Assembly: GCA_964291215.2 (NCBI GenBank)
Contig: OZ219791.1
Span: forward strand, 1,344,001-1,408,000
DNA length: 64,000 nucleotides
Source of the DNA: Alphaproteobacteria bacterium
GTDB lineage: Bacteria; Pseudomonadota; Alphaproteobacteria; MPNO01; UBA830
Direction: 5' to 3'
Within the stretch, counting starts at the first letter, position 1; every line of letters starts with the position of its first letter. The notes below the pieces were generated by a model. The model made no database searches. It was not told the origin of the DNA and saw nothing but the letters and a program-made list of their open reading frames with translations. The position numbers and the translations under genes are program-made. This document shows positions 55,246-64,000 of this stretch, piece after piece.

Positions 55246-56898
55246 ATGGAAACCGGATCGGCCGGGATGAAAGTGGAACAAGGCGTCACGGTGACGATGC
55301 GTGACGGCGTCAGGATTTCGCTCTCCATCTATCGTCCCGATGCGTCGGGCCGGTACCCGGCGCTGTTTGCGGCTTCCCCCTATCAATACGAAACGGATTC
55401 GCTTCCGCATTCGACGCTGTTTCTGTGGCGCGAGGTCGGCCCGGTCGAATGGTATGTGCGGGACCAGGGTTACGCCTATGTTCATATGGATGTGCGCGGC
55501 ACGGGACGCTCGGAGGGGACTTACGGATTTCTCGATAGCGCGGAGCAGCAGGACTACTACGAGTGTATCGAGTGGGTTGGCCGTCAGCCTTGGTGCAACG
55601 GTAATGTCGGTGGAATCGGACAGTCCTACTATGCTTGGTCGCAGTGGTTCATGGGGATCGTGGATCCACCCGCACTGAAGTGCATCGCCCCTTATGACGG
55701 CGCGGTCGATATCTATCGCGATACCGCCTACCATGGCGGCATCTATTGCGACTTCATGGCTTGGTGGTACCAGCTGGTTCGGGTCAACAATCTCCATCGC
55801 GCCGCATCGGGGGCCGGCGGCAAGGATCTGCCGGTCGATATCGCGTACGAAATAGCCAAGCATCAAACCTATGACGATTGGTGGCGGGAGCGAAGTCCAT
55901 GGGAGGGCCTTGAGAAAATCACGGTGCCGGTCCTGTCGATCGGGCATTGGGGCAAGATGGGTCTGCACCTGCGCGGCAATATCATCGGTTTTGAGGCGTT
56001 AAGGTCGACAAGAAAACTGGTTGTGACCGGTGCGAAGGATGTGTTCGAAGCCCATGATCAGTTCGATCACATCAGTTATCACGAACAGGAGCTTCTTCCG
56101 TTTTATGATCGCTGGCTCAAGGACCGGGAGACCGGCTGGGAGGGACGTCCCGATGTCCGCGTCTATGTGATGGGGCCGGGGACATGGCGGGAATCAGGCA
56201 CCTGGCCGCCGGAAGACGTTCGCTACCGCGATTACTATTTGAGCGGGCAAACTTCGGGCAGCGTGGCGTCGCTCAATGACGGTTCCCTGATTGGGGAACC
56301 GTCGCCGGCCGACGGAGGTTCGACAAGCTATGATTATCCAGATCCGAAGTGGAAGCTGGGCGTCGTGGGGTTCGGTCCGAACGGGCCGGATCCCGTCGGC
56401 CGGGTTCTGACGTTCACCACGGCGCCTCTTGGCGAAGACCTCGAAGTGGTTGGTCCAGTCGTTCTTGAACTCTATGCTGCATCGACGGCGAGTGATACGG
56501 ATTTCTTCGTCAGGCTTGCCGACCAGTTTCCGCAGTCGGCCGAAGAGCGGTCACAGGGAGTGCAGCCTCGCGCGGTGACGGTCACGAAGGGTTGGCTTCG
56601 GGCCTCCCATCGCGAAAAGGATGATGCTTGGAACAGCGAACATCGTCCGTTCTACAGTCATCGCAGTCCCCAACCGATCGAGCCCGGCGAGGTCTACCGG
56701 TTCGACATCGAGGTGATGCCGTGCGCCTATCGGTTCGAGGCCGGCCATCGGATTCGCCTTGAAATCGTCAACGGGGATTCTCCGCTGACGGACTCGATAT
56801 TCACGCATCAATATCTCTGGTACAAGGTAGGCACCGATACCATTCAGCACTCGGCTGCCCATCCTTCCTGCCTGCACCTGCCGGTAGGCGAGGACTGA
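55246..56898 (+). CDS. CocE/NonD family serine hydrolase
   Basis: MRDGVRI, DVRGTG.SEG, QPWCNGNVG.IGQSY, C-terminal GHRIRLEI. Confidence 0.92.
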   Translation: METGSAGMKVEQGVTVTMRDGVRISLSIYRPDASGRYPALFAASPYQYETDSLPHSTLFLWREVGPVEWYVRDQGYAYVHMDVRGTGRSEGTYGFLDSAEQQDYYECIEWVGRQPWCNGNVGGIGQSYYAWSQWFMGIVDPPALKCIAPYDGAVDIYRDTAYHGGIYCDFMAWWYQLVRVNNLHRAASGAGGKDLPVDIAYEIAKHQTYDDWWRERSPWEGLEKITVPVLSIGHWGKMGLHLRGNIIGFEALRSTRKLVVTGAKDVFEAHDQFDHISYHEQELLPFYDRWLKDRETGWEGRPDVRVYVMGPGTWRESGTWPPEDVRYRDYYLSGQTSGSVASLNDGSLIGEPSPADGGSTSYDYPDPKWKLGVVGFGPNGPDPVGRVLTFTTAPLGEDLEVVGPVVLELYAASTASDTDFFVRLADQFPQSAEERSQGVQPRAVTVTKGWLRASHREKDDAWNSEHRPFYSHRSPQPIEPGEVYRFDIEVMPCAYRFEAGHRIRLEIVNGDSPLTDSIFTHQYLWYKVGTDTIQHSAAHPSCLHLPVGED

Positions 56899-56951
56899 TT
56901 TCCTAGAGGGGGCGGCTCCGGATACGGCGCGCGCAGGGCGCCTTGCTGCTG

Positions 56952-58186
56952 TTATCGGCCCGCTACATCCGGTTCCGGATAGTCGGGAATTTCCAGCTCC
57001 GGCAGAACGCGTTCCATGAACAGGCGCAGCTCCTCGAGCATGTCGTCCTTGGGCTGCTGCGCCCAATGCCAGATCAGGGTGACGTACTCGCAGGGCGCTT
57101 GTTCGAAGAGCGCCTGCCAGGCACGGATGGATTCGTCGATCGTGCCGCCAATGAAGATGTTGGAGTTCTTCATGCCTTGAATAACGGTGTCTTCGTCGCC
57201 CTGCGGAAACTGCGGGAAGAAAGGCCCGTAGAAGTTCTTGTAGATGTCGAGATCGTACTGCCGAAGCCTCCGATCGAAATCCGTGGCTGATTTGGTGATA
57301 TGGGGCCAACGCACGATGTTCTGCCGCTGACCGGGCTGGAAGTCGAAACCGTTTCGCTGCGCGACTTCCCGGTAGTAGCGGGAAAATTCGGCAACACCCT
57401 CGGTCGGCATGAAATAGGTCGGCATGAAGCCGTTTCTTGCGCAGAAGTCGATGGAAGCCTGGCTTTCGATGCTGCGACAAAAATGGGCGGGTGCGGTTTC
57501 TGGAATGGCTTGGGGACCACGCAGACGCGCTGAACATTGCCGGTTTCTCCGATTTCACCCTCGGCGCCTGCTTCGCTGGCAATTCACCAGGCAGGATAGC
57601 CGGCCACCCCGGTATCGTAGGGGTAAGGCGCTTCGTAGAAATCACCCTTGATGCGAACGCTTTCCCTTGTCCACGCCTCGATCACCATTTCGACGCGTTC
57701 CTCGATTACTCTTCTGTTGTGCTCATCATCGCTGTCGCCATTTGATACGGTTGCGACCCCGCCACCGAACTGTCCCATGACATTTGCCCAGCGCGACTGG
57801 TATCCCCGCGCAAACCCGACGAAGAAGCGTCCTTTGGTCAGGTGATCGAGAATCGCGGTTTCTTCCGCCGCGCGCAGCGGATCCTGGGTGGCGACCACAT
57901 AGCCGAGCGCGCCGACACGAGCATTCCTGATGTGATTGGCCCAGTAGGCGTTGAGGATTCCCGGGTTGGGCCCGACTTCATAACCTTCCGAGTGGAAGTG
58001 ATTCTCGATAGTGCTGAGGCCCCAGACCTTCATGGCGTCAGCTTCGCGAATGATCTCTGTCCATTCATGAACGATACGGTGATACAGATCGTTGTAGTTG
58101 CCGAGCGGGCGGCGGGCCTTTCGGTCCTGTTCGCCGTCGGATGGAAACATCGGATAGAGCTGGACGATGATCTTAGGTTGCGCCAT
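56952..58186 (-). pseudogene. Luciferase-like (LLM) flavin monooxygenase, disrupted
   Basis: AEETAILDHLTKGRFFVGFARGYQ..PKPFQKPHPP; in-frame TGA at 57584 and a frameshift near 57465. Confidence 0.85.
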
Positions 58187-58336
58187 CTGTCGATCCTTCC
58201 AGATCGTCCGGCTTGCTGCTGGGGGCTGACCACGAGAGTCGACAGGCCTGCCCGACAGGTTTCTCCGGATCCGCTGCAGCAGCCGGATGAGGGCCTGCCG
58301 CCGAGCGAAATCCTTGCGCTGACGAACAGGGCAGAT

Positions 58337-58765
58337 CTAACCGTCGAAACGCCGGGTTCCGGCAAGCGCGGCGAGCCCGGCATTGGCGACCTGAAGATCC
58401 TCGTGGCCCGCACCCGAGCCTACGCCGATACCTCCCACTAGGTGTCCGTCGACGATGATGGGGAGTCCGCCGGGCAAGTTGACGCGCTTGCCTTGGGTCG
58501 CGATGGCGAGCTTGAGGTCTACGCCCTCGGGAATATGTCCGGTCGGCTCGCCGTAAGAGGCCGCCGTCATCGCCTTCATCAGCGACGAATCGATCGACAG
58601 CACGAAGGCTCCGTCCATCCGGGAAAAAGCGAGGAGATGACCGCCGGCGTCGACGACGGAGATGCATTGCGGCACCCCCATCTCGTCCGCCTTGGCCATC
58701 GCGGCTTTCAGGATCTTCATTGCCCCGTCGTTGGTAAGTCGGAGCGCGGGCGCGGTTTCCGCCAT
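58337..58765 (-). CDS. GlcG/HbpS heme-binding protein
   Basis: ISVVDAGG.L..F.RMDGA..KA.TA..GGLPI..G.LVGGIGVG. Confidence 0.88.
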   Translation of the reverse strand: MAETAPALRLTNDGAMKILKAAMAKADEMGVPQCISVVDAGGHLLAFSRMDGAFVLSIDSSLMKAMTAASYGEPTGHIPEGVDLKLAIATQGKRVNLPGGLPIIVDGHLVGGIGVGSGAGHEDLQVANAGLAALAGTRRFDG

Positions 58766-59013
58766 TCGAACCTCCTTGGAACACGTTTCGTTGAGGCGAG
58801 AGGTTAACACCGCCATGTCATCAGAAAAAGTGCTGAACAACGCGAATCGGGTCACCCGGATTCGCAACATGGCGCAGTCTCTCATCAGCCGCACGCTGTG
58901 CAACAGGGCGGGGCGCTCCCGTTGGCGGGTCTCCTGTTGCAACAATCCCTCGACAGCCGCCGGGGTTCTGTTGCCACCAATCCGCGCCAGCCGCTCTCGA
59001 CAGGTGATTTGAA

Positions 59014-59030
59014 TGAAAACATGTTATTCA
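59014..59030. promoter_or_regulatory. Imperfect palindrome, probable antitoxin operator
   Basis: tgaaAACATGTTattca directly before the antitoxin start. Confidence 0.5.
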
Positions 59031-59031
59031 C

Positions 59032-59262
59032 ATGTCAGCCATGATCCAGATCCGGAACGTCCCCGACGCGTTGCACCGCAAGCTGAAGGCGTGCGCAGCA
59101 CTCGCCGGCATGTCGCTGTCGGCTTTCCTGCTGGCCGAGATTCGCGAGGTTGCGGCGCGCCCGACCGTGTATGAGTTGTGCGAACGCATCGCGCGCCGCG
59201 CAGGCGTGGCACCGTCCATGCCGCCCGGGGAGGCGGTCCGGCGGGAACGTGAAACCCGGTGA
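59032..59262 (+). CDS. FitA-like ribbon-helix-helix antitoxin
   Basis: IQIRNVPDALHRKLKA.AA..GMSLS; overlaps the PIN gene. Confidence 0.85.
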   Translation: MSAMIQIRNVPDALHRKLKACAALAGMSLSAFLLAEIREVAARPTVYELCERIARRAGVAPSMPPGEAVRRERETR

Positions 59263-59651
59263 TCGTCGTCGGCGCATTCGCCCTCCTTGAGATGCTCCTG
59301 CCCACGGCTGCTGCCGAGGCGGTCGCGGTGCGGCTCTTTGACTCGGGCGCCCCTCTCGCTGCTCCGCATCTCATCGATATCGAAGCCGCCCAGGTTCTGC
59401 GTCGTTACGCACGAGCCGGAGAGATCGATGATCGGCACGGCCGTGAAGCGCTGGCCGACCTCGCGGATATGCCCATCAGGCGCTATCCCCACCATGTCCT
59501 GCTGCCGCGTGTCTGGGAGTTGCGGCACAACCTCACCGCATACGATGCCCTCTATGTAGCCCTTGCCGAGGCGCTGGATGCGCCGCTGGTTACGCGCGAC
59601 CGTCGACTGGAGGATGCCGCCGGCCATGGCGCGGAAATCGAACTGCTTTGA
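59259..59651 (+). CDS. vapC: VapC PIN-domain toxin (first catalytic Asp altered)
   Basis: APHLIDIE, NLTAYDALYVALAE.LDAPLVT.DRRL; starts MIVVGAF instead of MIVVDAS. Confidence 0.85.
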   Translation: MIVVGAFALLEMLLPTAAAEAVAVRLFDSGAPLAAPHLIDIEAAQVLRRYARAGEIDDRHGREALADLADMPIRRYPHHVLLPRVWELRHNLTAYDALYVALAEALDAPLVTRDRRLEDAAGHGAEIELL

Positions 59652-59939
59652 GAGCTGGCGGGCTTGCCCGACAGGTTCTCCGGACCCGCTGAAGCAGGCG
59701 GGTGAGGGTTTGTCGCTGAGCGGGATCCATGTACGGTGTCCTTTGGACACCGTCATGCGTCAGGTTGGACGGGTGTTGGCGGTGTCCGGAGAGCAGGGCT
59801 TGGCACCGTCGTCGGGGCCCGGTTCGGCGGGGCTGCCCGGGTTAACTGGAAAACCGCGTCCCGAATGATCCAAGCTCTCCCGCGTCCGGCGCGGGTTCGC
59901 GGAGTCTTCCTGATAGCGCAGGCGGCAATCGCTCCGGCC

Positions 59940-60250
59940 GCGGTTCGCCGATGCGTCTTGGATCGTGACGGGCAATGAGATAAATGTCGTGGCAGGCGAG
60001 CTGATCTTCGACAGCTTTCGGGTCGTTGCACCTGCGGTCTGGCTGAAGGAGGGCGACTGACATGGCGACACTGACGATCCGGATTCCGGACGCACCTCGT
60101 GACCGGATGGCGGCGCGGCGCGTTCCGAGCCTGAACAAGCTGGTGGAAGAGCTGTCGGTGCGGGCGCCGGCCGAACATGACATCGAAATGCGGTTTCGGA
60201 TGCGTGCGGCGATGCCGGGCTCGGGTTGAAACTGCTTGACGAACTCGATT
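59940..60250 (+). pseudogene. Remnant PIN toxin C-terminus plus RHH antitoxin
   Basis: WIVTGN..GELIF..FRVVAP..WLKE*, then from 60062 MATLTIRIPD..SLNKLVEELS..EMRFRMRAA..GLKLLDELD (frameshifted). Confidence 0.6.
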
Positions 60251-60289
60251 GTTGGCACGCGGAGGCCGGCACTGTCGGCGGTGATGCAG

Positions 60290-60600
60290 AACGGCGGGAT
60301 TTCGGCGGAAAACCGCGCTTTTGAGCGGTTGGCCGTGTGGATTGGGCGAACACAGGTACGAGGACATGCGGCGTTGACGAGAGGCCGCGCGGTCTTCGTT
60401 TTCTGGCGGTCGGCGTCTGTGGAGCGTGACGCGAGGGGGACCTTCAGCCTTGTGCGCAGGGTTTCGGCCTGACGTTCTCCGGCCTCGTCGTGGTCCTGCG
60501 CGAGGACGATGGTCCTGACGTTGGGAAGGCTCCTTGCGACGAGGCTGATCTGTTGGTGCTGGCGTCGCGAGGGCGCCCCGGGCCCGGACAACAGGACCCG
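60290..60600 (-). pseudogene. Second degenerate Toprim-domain gene fragment
   Basis: LPNVRTIVLAQDHDEAGERQAETLRTRL; DNA homologous to 520-810. Confidence 0.55.
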
Positions 60601-61106
60601 GGCGACAGGGAAGGCAGACGATCCCGCGAAACACCAGAACCCTCCCGACAACCCTCAGGAGCCCGGATCACATGCCGGCAGAAAAACCGGAACCGGACCG
60701 AAACGACAACAGGGAAGAAAACGGGCGGCATTCACAGAGACAAACAGACAAACACTGAAACCGCGACAACAGGACTTGACAACAGCAAAGAAACACGATC
60801 CTGAAAAGCGCAGCGAATCGCCGAAATCCCGCCGTTTTATCCAACCGACAACAGGCGCCGGGAAGGGAAGCAGATGCCGGATCCCGGAGTGTGCTCGCGC
60901 GGATGGGGCGGCGCCTTGCGGCAGTAGTCCTGATGGTAGTCGCGCTATGCGCGGCGGCCGGGATGGCGGGCCGGAGCCACATGTAAATGGGCCGAGTGCC
61001 TTGCCGACGTGACAAGTCGATACCCGGCTTCCGGCATTTGATTGCCTCCTGCCGACCCGCACGGTGTCGTTGCGGTTCGTGCCGTCCGGGATCCGGCGAA
61101 TCCGTC

Positions 61107-61709
61107 TCAGTCCTCCCGATCGGTGGCATCCGCATTGTCACCCGTCCACCGCAGAAAGCGGATTCGCGTTGCGCCGTAGCGCCGGTCATCGACGGTTTCG
61201 CATCGATCCGGAGTTTCGAAGGGTTCCGCCGCTGCGGTCTGCACCACGCAGATCGTGCGGCGCTGGATCCAGCCGGCTGTCCCGAGCGCTGCGAGCGACG
61301 GCGCCGCCAGATCGCCGAAGTAAGGCGGATCGGAAAACACCAGATCGACAGCCCGCCCGGCATGGGCCGGGCGCAGGCAGTTCATGCGGAGAATCTCCGT
61401 GCTGTCCGCCTCGCCGAGCGCGTCGGCATTGTGCCGGCAGGCGGCAATGGCGTCCGGTGCGTTATCCATGAAGCTCGCATGCGCGGCGCCGCGGCTGAGC
61501 GACTCGAATCCCAGCGCGCCGGTGCCGCAGAACGCGTCGAGGACACGGATGTCGCGGAGGCCGGAGCCGCCCGCGTCCCCGGAAATCCACTCCCCGTGCT
61601 CAAGGATGTTAAACACGGCTTCTCGCACCCGGTCCGAGGTGGGGCGGATGTTGCGGCCGGGGGGCGCCCAGATGCGCCTTCCCCTATGCCGCCCCGCGAC
61701 GATCCGCAT
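61107..61709 (-). CDS. rsmD: 16S rRNA m2G966 methyltransferase
   Basis: MRIVAG..RGR, RPTSDRVREAVFN, LDAFCGTGALG.E.LSRGA, DPPY. Confidence 0.93.
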   Translation of the reverse strand: MRIVAGRHRGRRIWAPPGRNIRPTSDRVREAVFNILEHGEWISGDAGGSGLRDIRVLDAFCGTGALGFESLSRGAAHASFMDNAPDAIAACRHNADALGEADSTEILRMNCLRPAHAGRAVDLVFSDPPYFGDLAAPSLAALGTAGWIQRRTICVVQTAAAEPFETPDRCETVDDRRYGATRIRFLRWTGDNADATDRED

Positions 61710-62436
61710 GCGCTTTTCCCAGCTGATCCCTGAGGACGCGTTTCGGAACCTCCTCAACATCGCCACGGGGAAGGTTGCCCAGCTGGAACGGCCCGAAGGC
61801 GGTCCTGATCAGGCGGCTCACTGGGTGGCCGAGATGCTTCATTGCGCGCCGGATCTCGCGGTTGCGTCCCTCGCGGAGACGGACCGTCAGCCATGCGTTG
61901 GCGCCCGTCGCTGAATCGACCGTCGCCTCAATGCGGCTGAAACGCGCCCCGTCCACGGACAGTCCGCGTTCGAGCGCCGCGAGCGCGGCCGCGTCCGGGC
62001 GTCCGAAAACCCGCACGCGGTAGCGGCGGATCCAGCCGGTGGCCGGGAGTTCGAGCCGGCGGGCGAGGCCACCGTCATTGGTAAGCAGAAGCAGGCCTTC
62101 TGACGCGAGATCCAGCCGTCCGACCGTCATGACGCGGGGCAGGTGGGACGGAAGGCGGTCGAAGACGGTGGGACGGCCTTCGGGGTCGCGAGCCGAGCAG
62201 ATTATCCCCGCCGGCTTGTGAAGGCGCCACATCCGCGGCGCTGCGGCCGGAGCCACCGGCCTTCCGTCGACCCGGATGTCGGCCCCGGCGCCGATCCTCG
62301 TTCCCGGCTCCGAGACCGTGTGCCCGTCGACGGAGACCCGGCCGGCAGCGATCCAGCGCTCGGCCTCGCGCCGCGAGCACACGCCGGCGCGTGACAGGCG
62401 CTTGGCAACGCGTTCTCCGACCGCCTCCTCCGTCAT
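61684..62436 (-). CDS. rluB: 23S rRNA pseudouridine synthase (RluB/RsuA family)
   Basis: S4 domain ERVAK..SRREAE, VGRLD..SEGLLLLTNDG, EGRNREIRR. Confidence 0.88.
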   Translation of the reverse strand: MTEEAVGERVAKRLSRAGVCSRREAERWIAAGRVSVDGHTVSEPGTRIGAGADIRVDGRPVAPAAAPRMWRLHKPAGIICSARDPEGRPTVFDRLPSHLPRVMTVGRLDLASEGLLLLTNDGGLARRLELPATGWIRRYRVRVFGRPDAAALAALERGLSVDGARFSRIEATVDSATGANAWLTVRLREGRNREIRRAMKHLGHPVSRLIRTAFGPFQLGNLPRGDVEEVPKRVLRDQLGKAHADRRGAA

Positions 62437-63152
62437 GCCGCGCCGCCCGCTGCCGCGACGAGGGCCGCGAATATGGCCGAGTCCGCGGCATTGATCTCGA
62501 ATTCGGGATGCCATTGGATGCCGAGGCAGAAACGGTAGGCCGGCGCCTCGATGCCCTCGATTACGCCATCGGGTGCGGTTGCGTTGATGACGACGCCGTC
62601 TCCGACCTCCGCGACCGCCTGGTGATGGGCCGAGTTGACCGAGAGCGCGGTTGCTCCCGTGATCCGGTGGAGAAGGGACTCTTCCGCGATCATCACGGAA
62701 TGGCCCGGCTCGTTTCGGGGATTGGGCTGCTCATGGGCAAGCGCGTCCTCGACCTCGTCGGGAATGTGCTGGATCAGTGTGCCGCCGAGGACCACGTTGA
62801 GAAGCTGGTGGCCGCCGCAGATGCCGAGCACGGGCTTGTTCCGCGCGAGTGCGCCGGCGGTTGCGGCCTCCTCGAACTCGGTGCGCCGCTCCTTGAGCGT
62901 TACCAACGGGTGGCGGCTCGCCGCGCCGAACATCGCGGGATCGATGTCGAAGGCGCCTCCGGTGACGACCAGCGCCGAGACATGGTTCAGGCAATCGCCG
63001 ACGAGTGCGGTTTCGTGGGGGAGCATGAACGGCAATCCGCCGGCTGCGGCTATCGCGCTGCCGTAATTCTCGCGGATCGCGTACCAGGGAAAGTGGGAAT
63101 AGCCGCCCGTTTCCTCTGAATCCAAGGTTATGCCGATCACGGGGCGGGTCAC
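62433..63152 (-). CDS. Peptidase C26 / gamma-glutamyl-GABA hydrolase family
   Basis: PVIGIT, LGICGG.Q.LNV..GGTL.Q, VNSAHHQ, QWHPE. Confidence 0.9.
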   Translation of the reverse strand: MTRPVIGITLDSEETGGYSHFPWYAIRENYGSAIAAAGGLPFMLPHETALVGDCLNHVSALVVTGGAFDIDPAMFGAASRHPLVTLKERRTEFEEAATAGALARNKPVLGICGGHQLLNVVLGGTLIQHIPDEVEDALAHEQPNPRNEPGHSVMIAEESLLHRITGATALSVNSAHHQAVAEVGDGVVINATAPDGVIEGIEAPAYRFCLGIQWHPEFEINAADSAIFAALVAAAGGAA

Positions 63153-63290
63153 GGGCTGCTTCCTCGAGGCCTGAAGACAACCGTCATTATATGGGATTCG
63201 CCGCTGTCTGCGTCGATCCGGTGCGGCCAGCCGCCTGCCGTGGCGGACCGGTTTCCGTTATCATCCGGCAGCATGAGCAATCGGGAATGC

Positions 63291-63743
63291 ATGACGGCAT
63301 CGCTTTTCATGGCGCTAGCGCTCGAAGAGGCCCGTGCAGCCGGGGCGCGGGGCGAGGTGCCGGTCGGCGCGGTGCTCGTCGACGCGGCGACCGGCGAGGT
63401 CCTTGCGCGGGCCGGCAACGAAGTCGAGGCGCGCCGCGACCCCACGGCGCATGCCGAAATGCTCGTCATCCGCGCTGCCGCGCGGGCCCGCGCCGGGAAG
63501 CGCCTTCCTGGATGCGATCTTTACGTGACCCTGGAGCCGTGTCCAATGTGCGCGCAGGCCGCCGCGTTCGCACGTATCTCGAGGCTCTATTTCGGGGCCG
63601 GCGACCCCAAGGGCGGCGGCGTGGTGCACGGACCGCGGATCTTCAGCCAGCCGACCTGCAACCACCGCCCGGAAATCTATGACGGGATTGGCGAGGCCGA
63701 GGCGGCGGCGCTCCTGAAGGAATTTTTCGCCCGCCGCCGCTGA
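63291..63743 (+). CDS. tadA: tRNA adenosine deaminase
   Basis: GEVPVGAV, DPTAHAE, TLEPCPMC, DPKGG, LK.FF..RR. Confidence 0.9.
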   Translation: MTASLFMALALEEARAAGARGEVPVGAVLVDAATGEVLARAGNEVEARRDPTAHAEMLVIRAAARARAGKRLPGCDLYVTLEPCPMCAQAAAFARISRLYFGAGDPKGGGVVHGPRIFSQPTCNHRPEIYDGIGEAEAAALLKEFFARRR

Positions 63744-63772
63744 CCGGCGGAAGCTGGCCCGGAGCCGCCGCC

Positions 63773-64000
63773 TCAGTCCTCGAAGCCGTATTCCTTCCAC
63801 CGCGATTCGACGAGGTCCAGGTCCTCCTTGTGGGGGTGGACTGACAGCGGATAGCGGTCGCCACCATATTGTTCCTCGGCATCGAAATCGAGGTTGATGG
63901 TGGCATCGATCAGCACCCGGGTCCACTTGCCGGTGCCGTATTTCATGGGGTCGCGTTCGGGCAGGCGGGTCGACGGGTCGAGCAGCGAGCCAAACGTGGA
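63773..64000 (-). CDS. UbiD-family decarboxylase, C-terminal part (partial)
   Basis: LDPS..VLIDAT..RWKEYGF* on the minus strand running in from the window edge. Confidence 0.7.
   Translation of the reverse strand, partial: STFGSLLDPSTRLPERDPMKYGTGKWTRVLIDATINLDFDAEEQYGGDRYPLSVHPHKEDLDLVESRWKEYGFED

Overview
GC-rich alphaproteobacterial chromosome segment. Gene order and content are Rhodospirillales-like; the many TRAP/TAXI transporters, an LLM oxygenase and the high IS load fit a host-associated lineage, which is an inference. Intact core blocks (polA end; pckA-chvI-chvG-rapZ; ribF-lspA-DUF3035-M16 peptidases-pgi-mutL; rsmD-rluB-C26 peptidase-tadA) alternate with accessory regions: a Zur-controlled zinc-starvation island, a Fur-boxed fbpAB iron transporter, a BacNav-type channel, two TRAP systems with catabolic enzymes, TA modules and remnants of at least eight IS families plus MITEs. 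The most striking signal is how unselected DNA decays. Every IS and several accessory genes carry many short deletions (about 2-70 bp), often bounded by short direct repeats, while core genes are clean. The three IS66 copies share deletions in all three pairwise combinations, which a simple copy tree cannot explain. A degenerate IS66 copy still has a perfect 8-bp target duplication. This suggests a deletion-dominated, possibly recurrent mutational process acting on elements mobilised in trans. A consensus or assembly artefact must be excluded with raw reads. All family calls come from motif recognition by eye; no searches were run.
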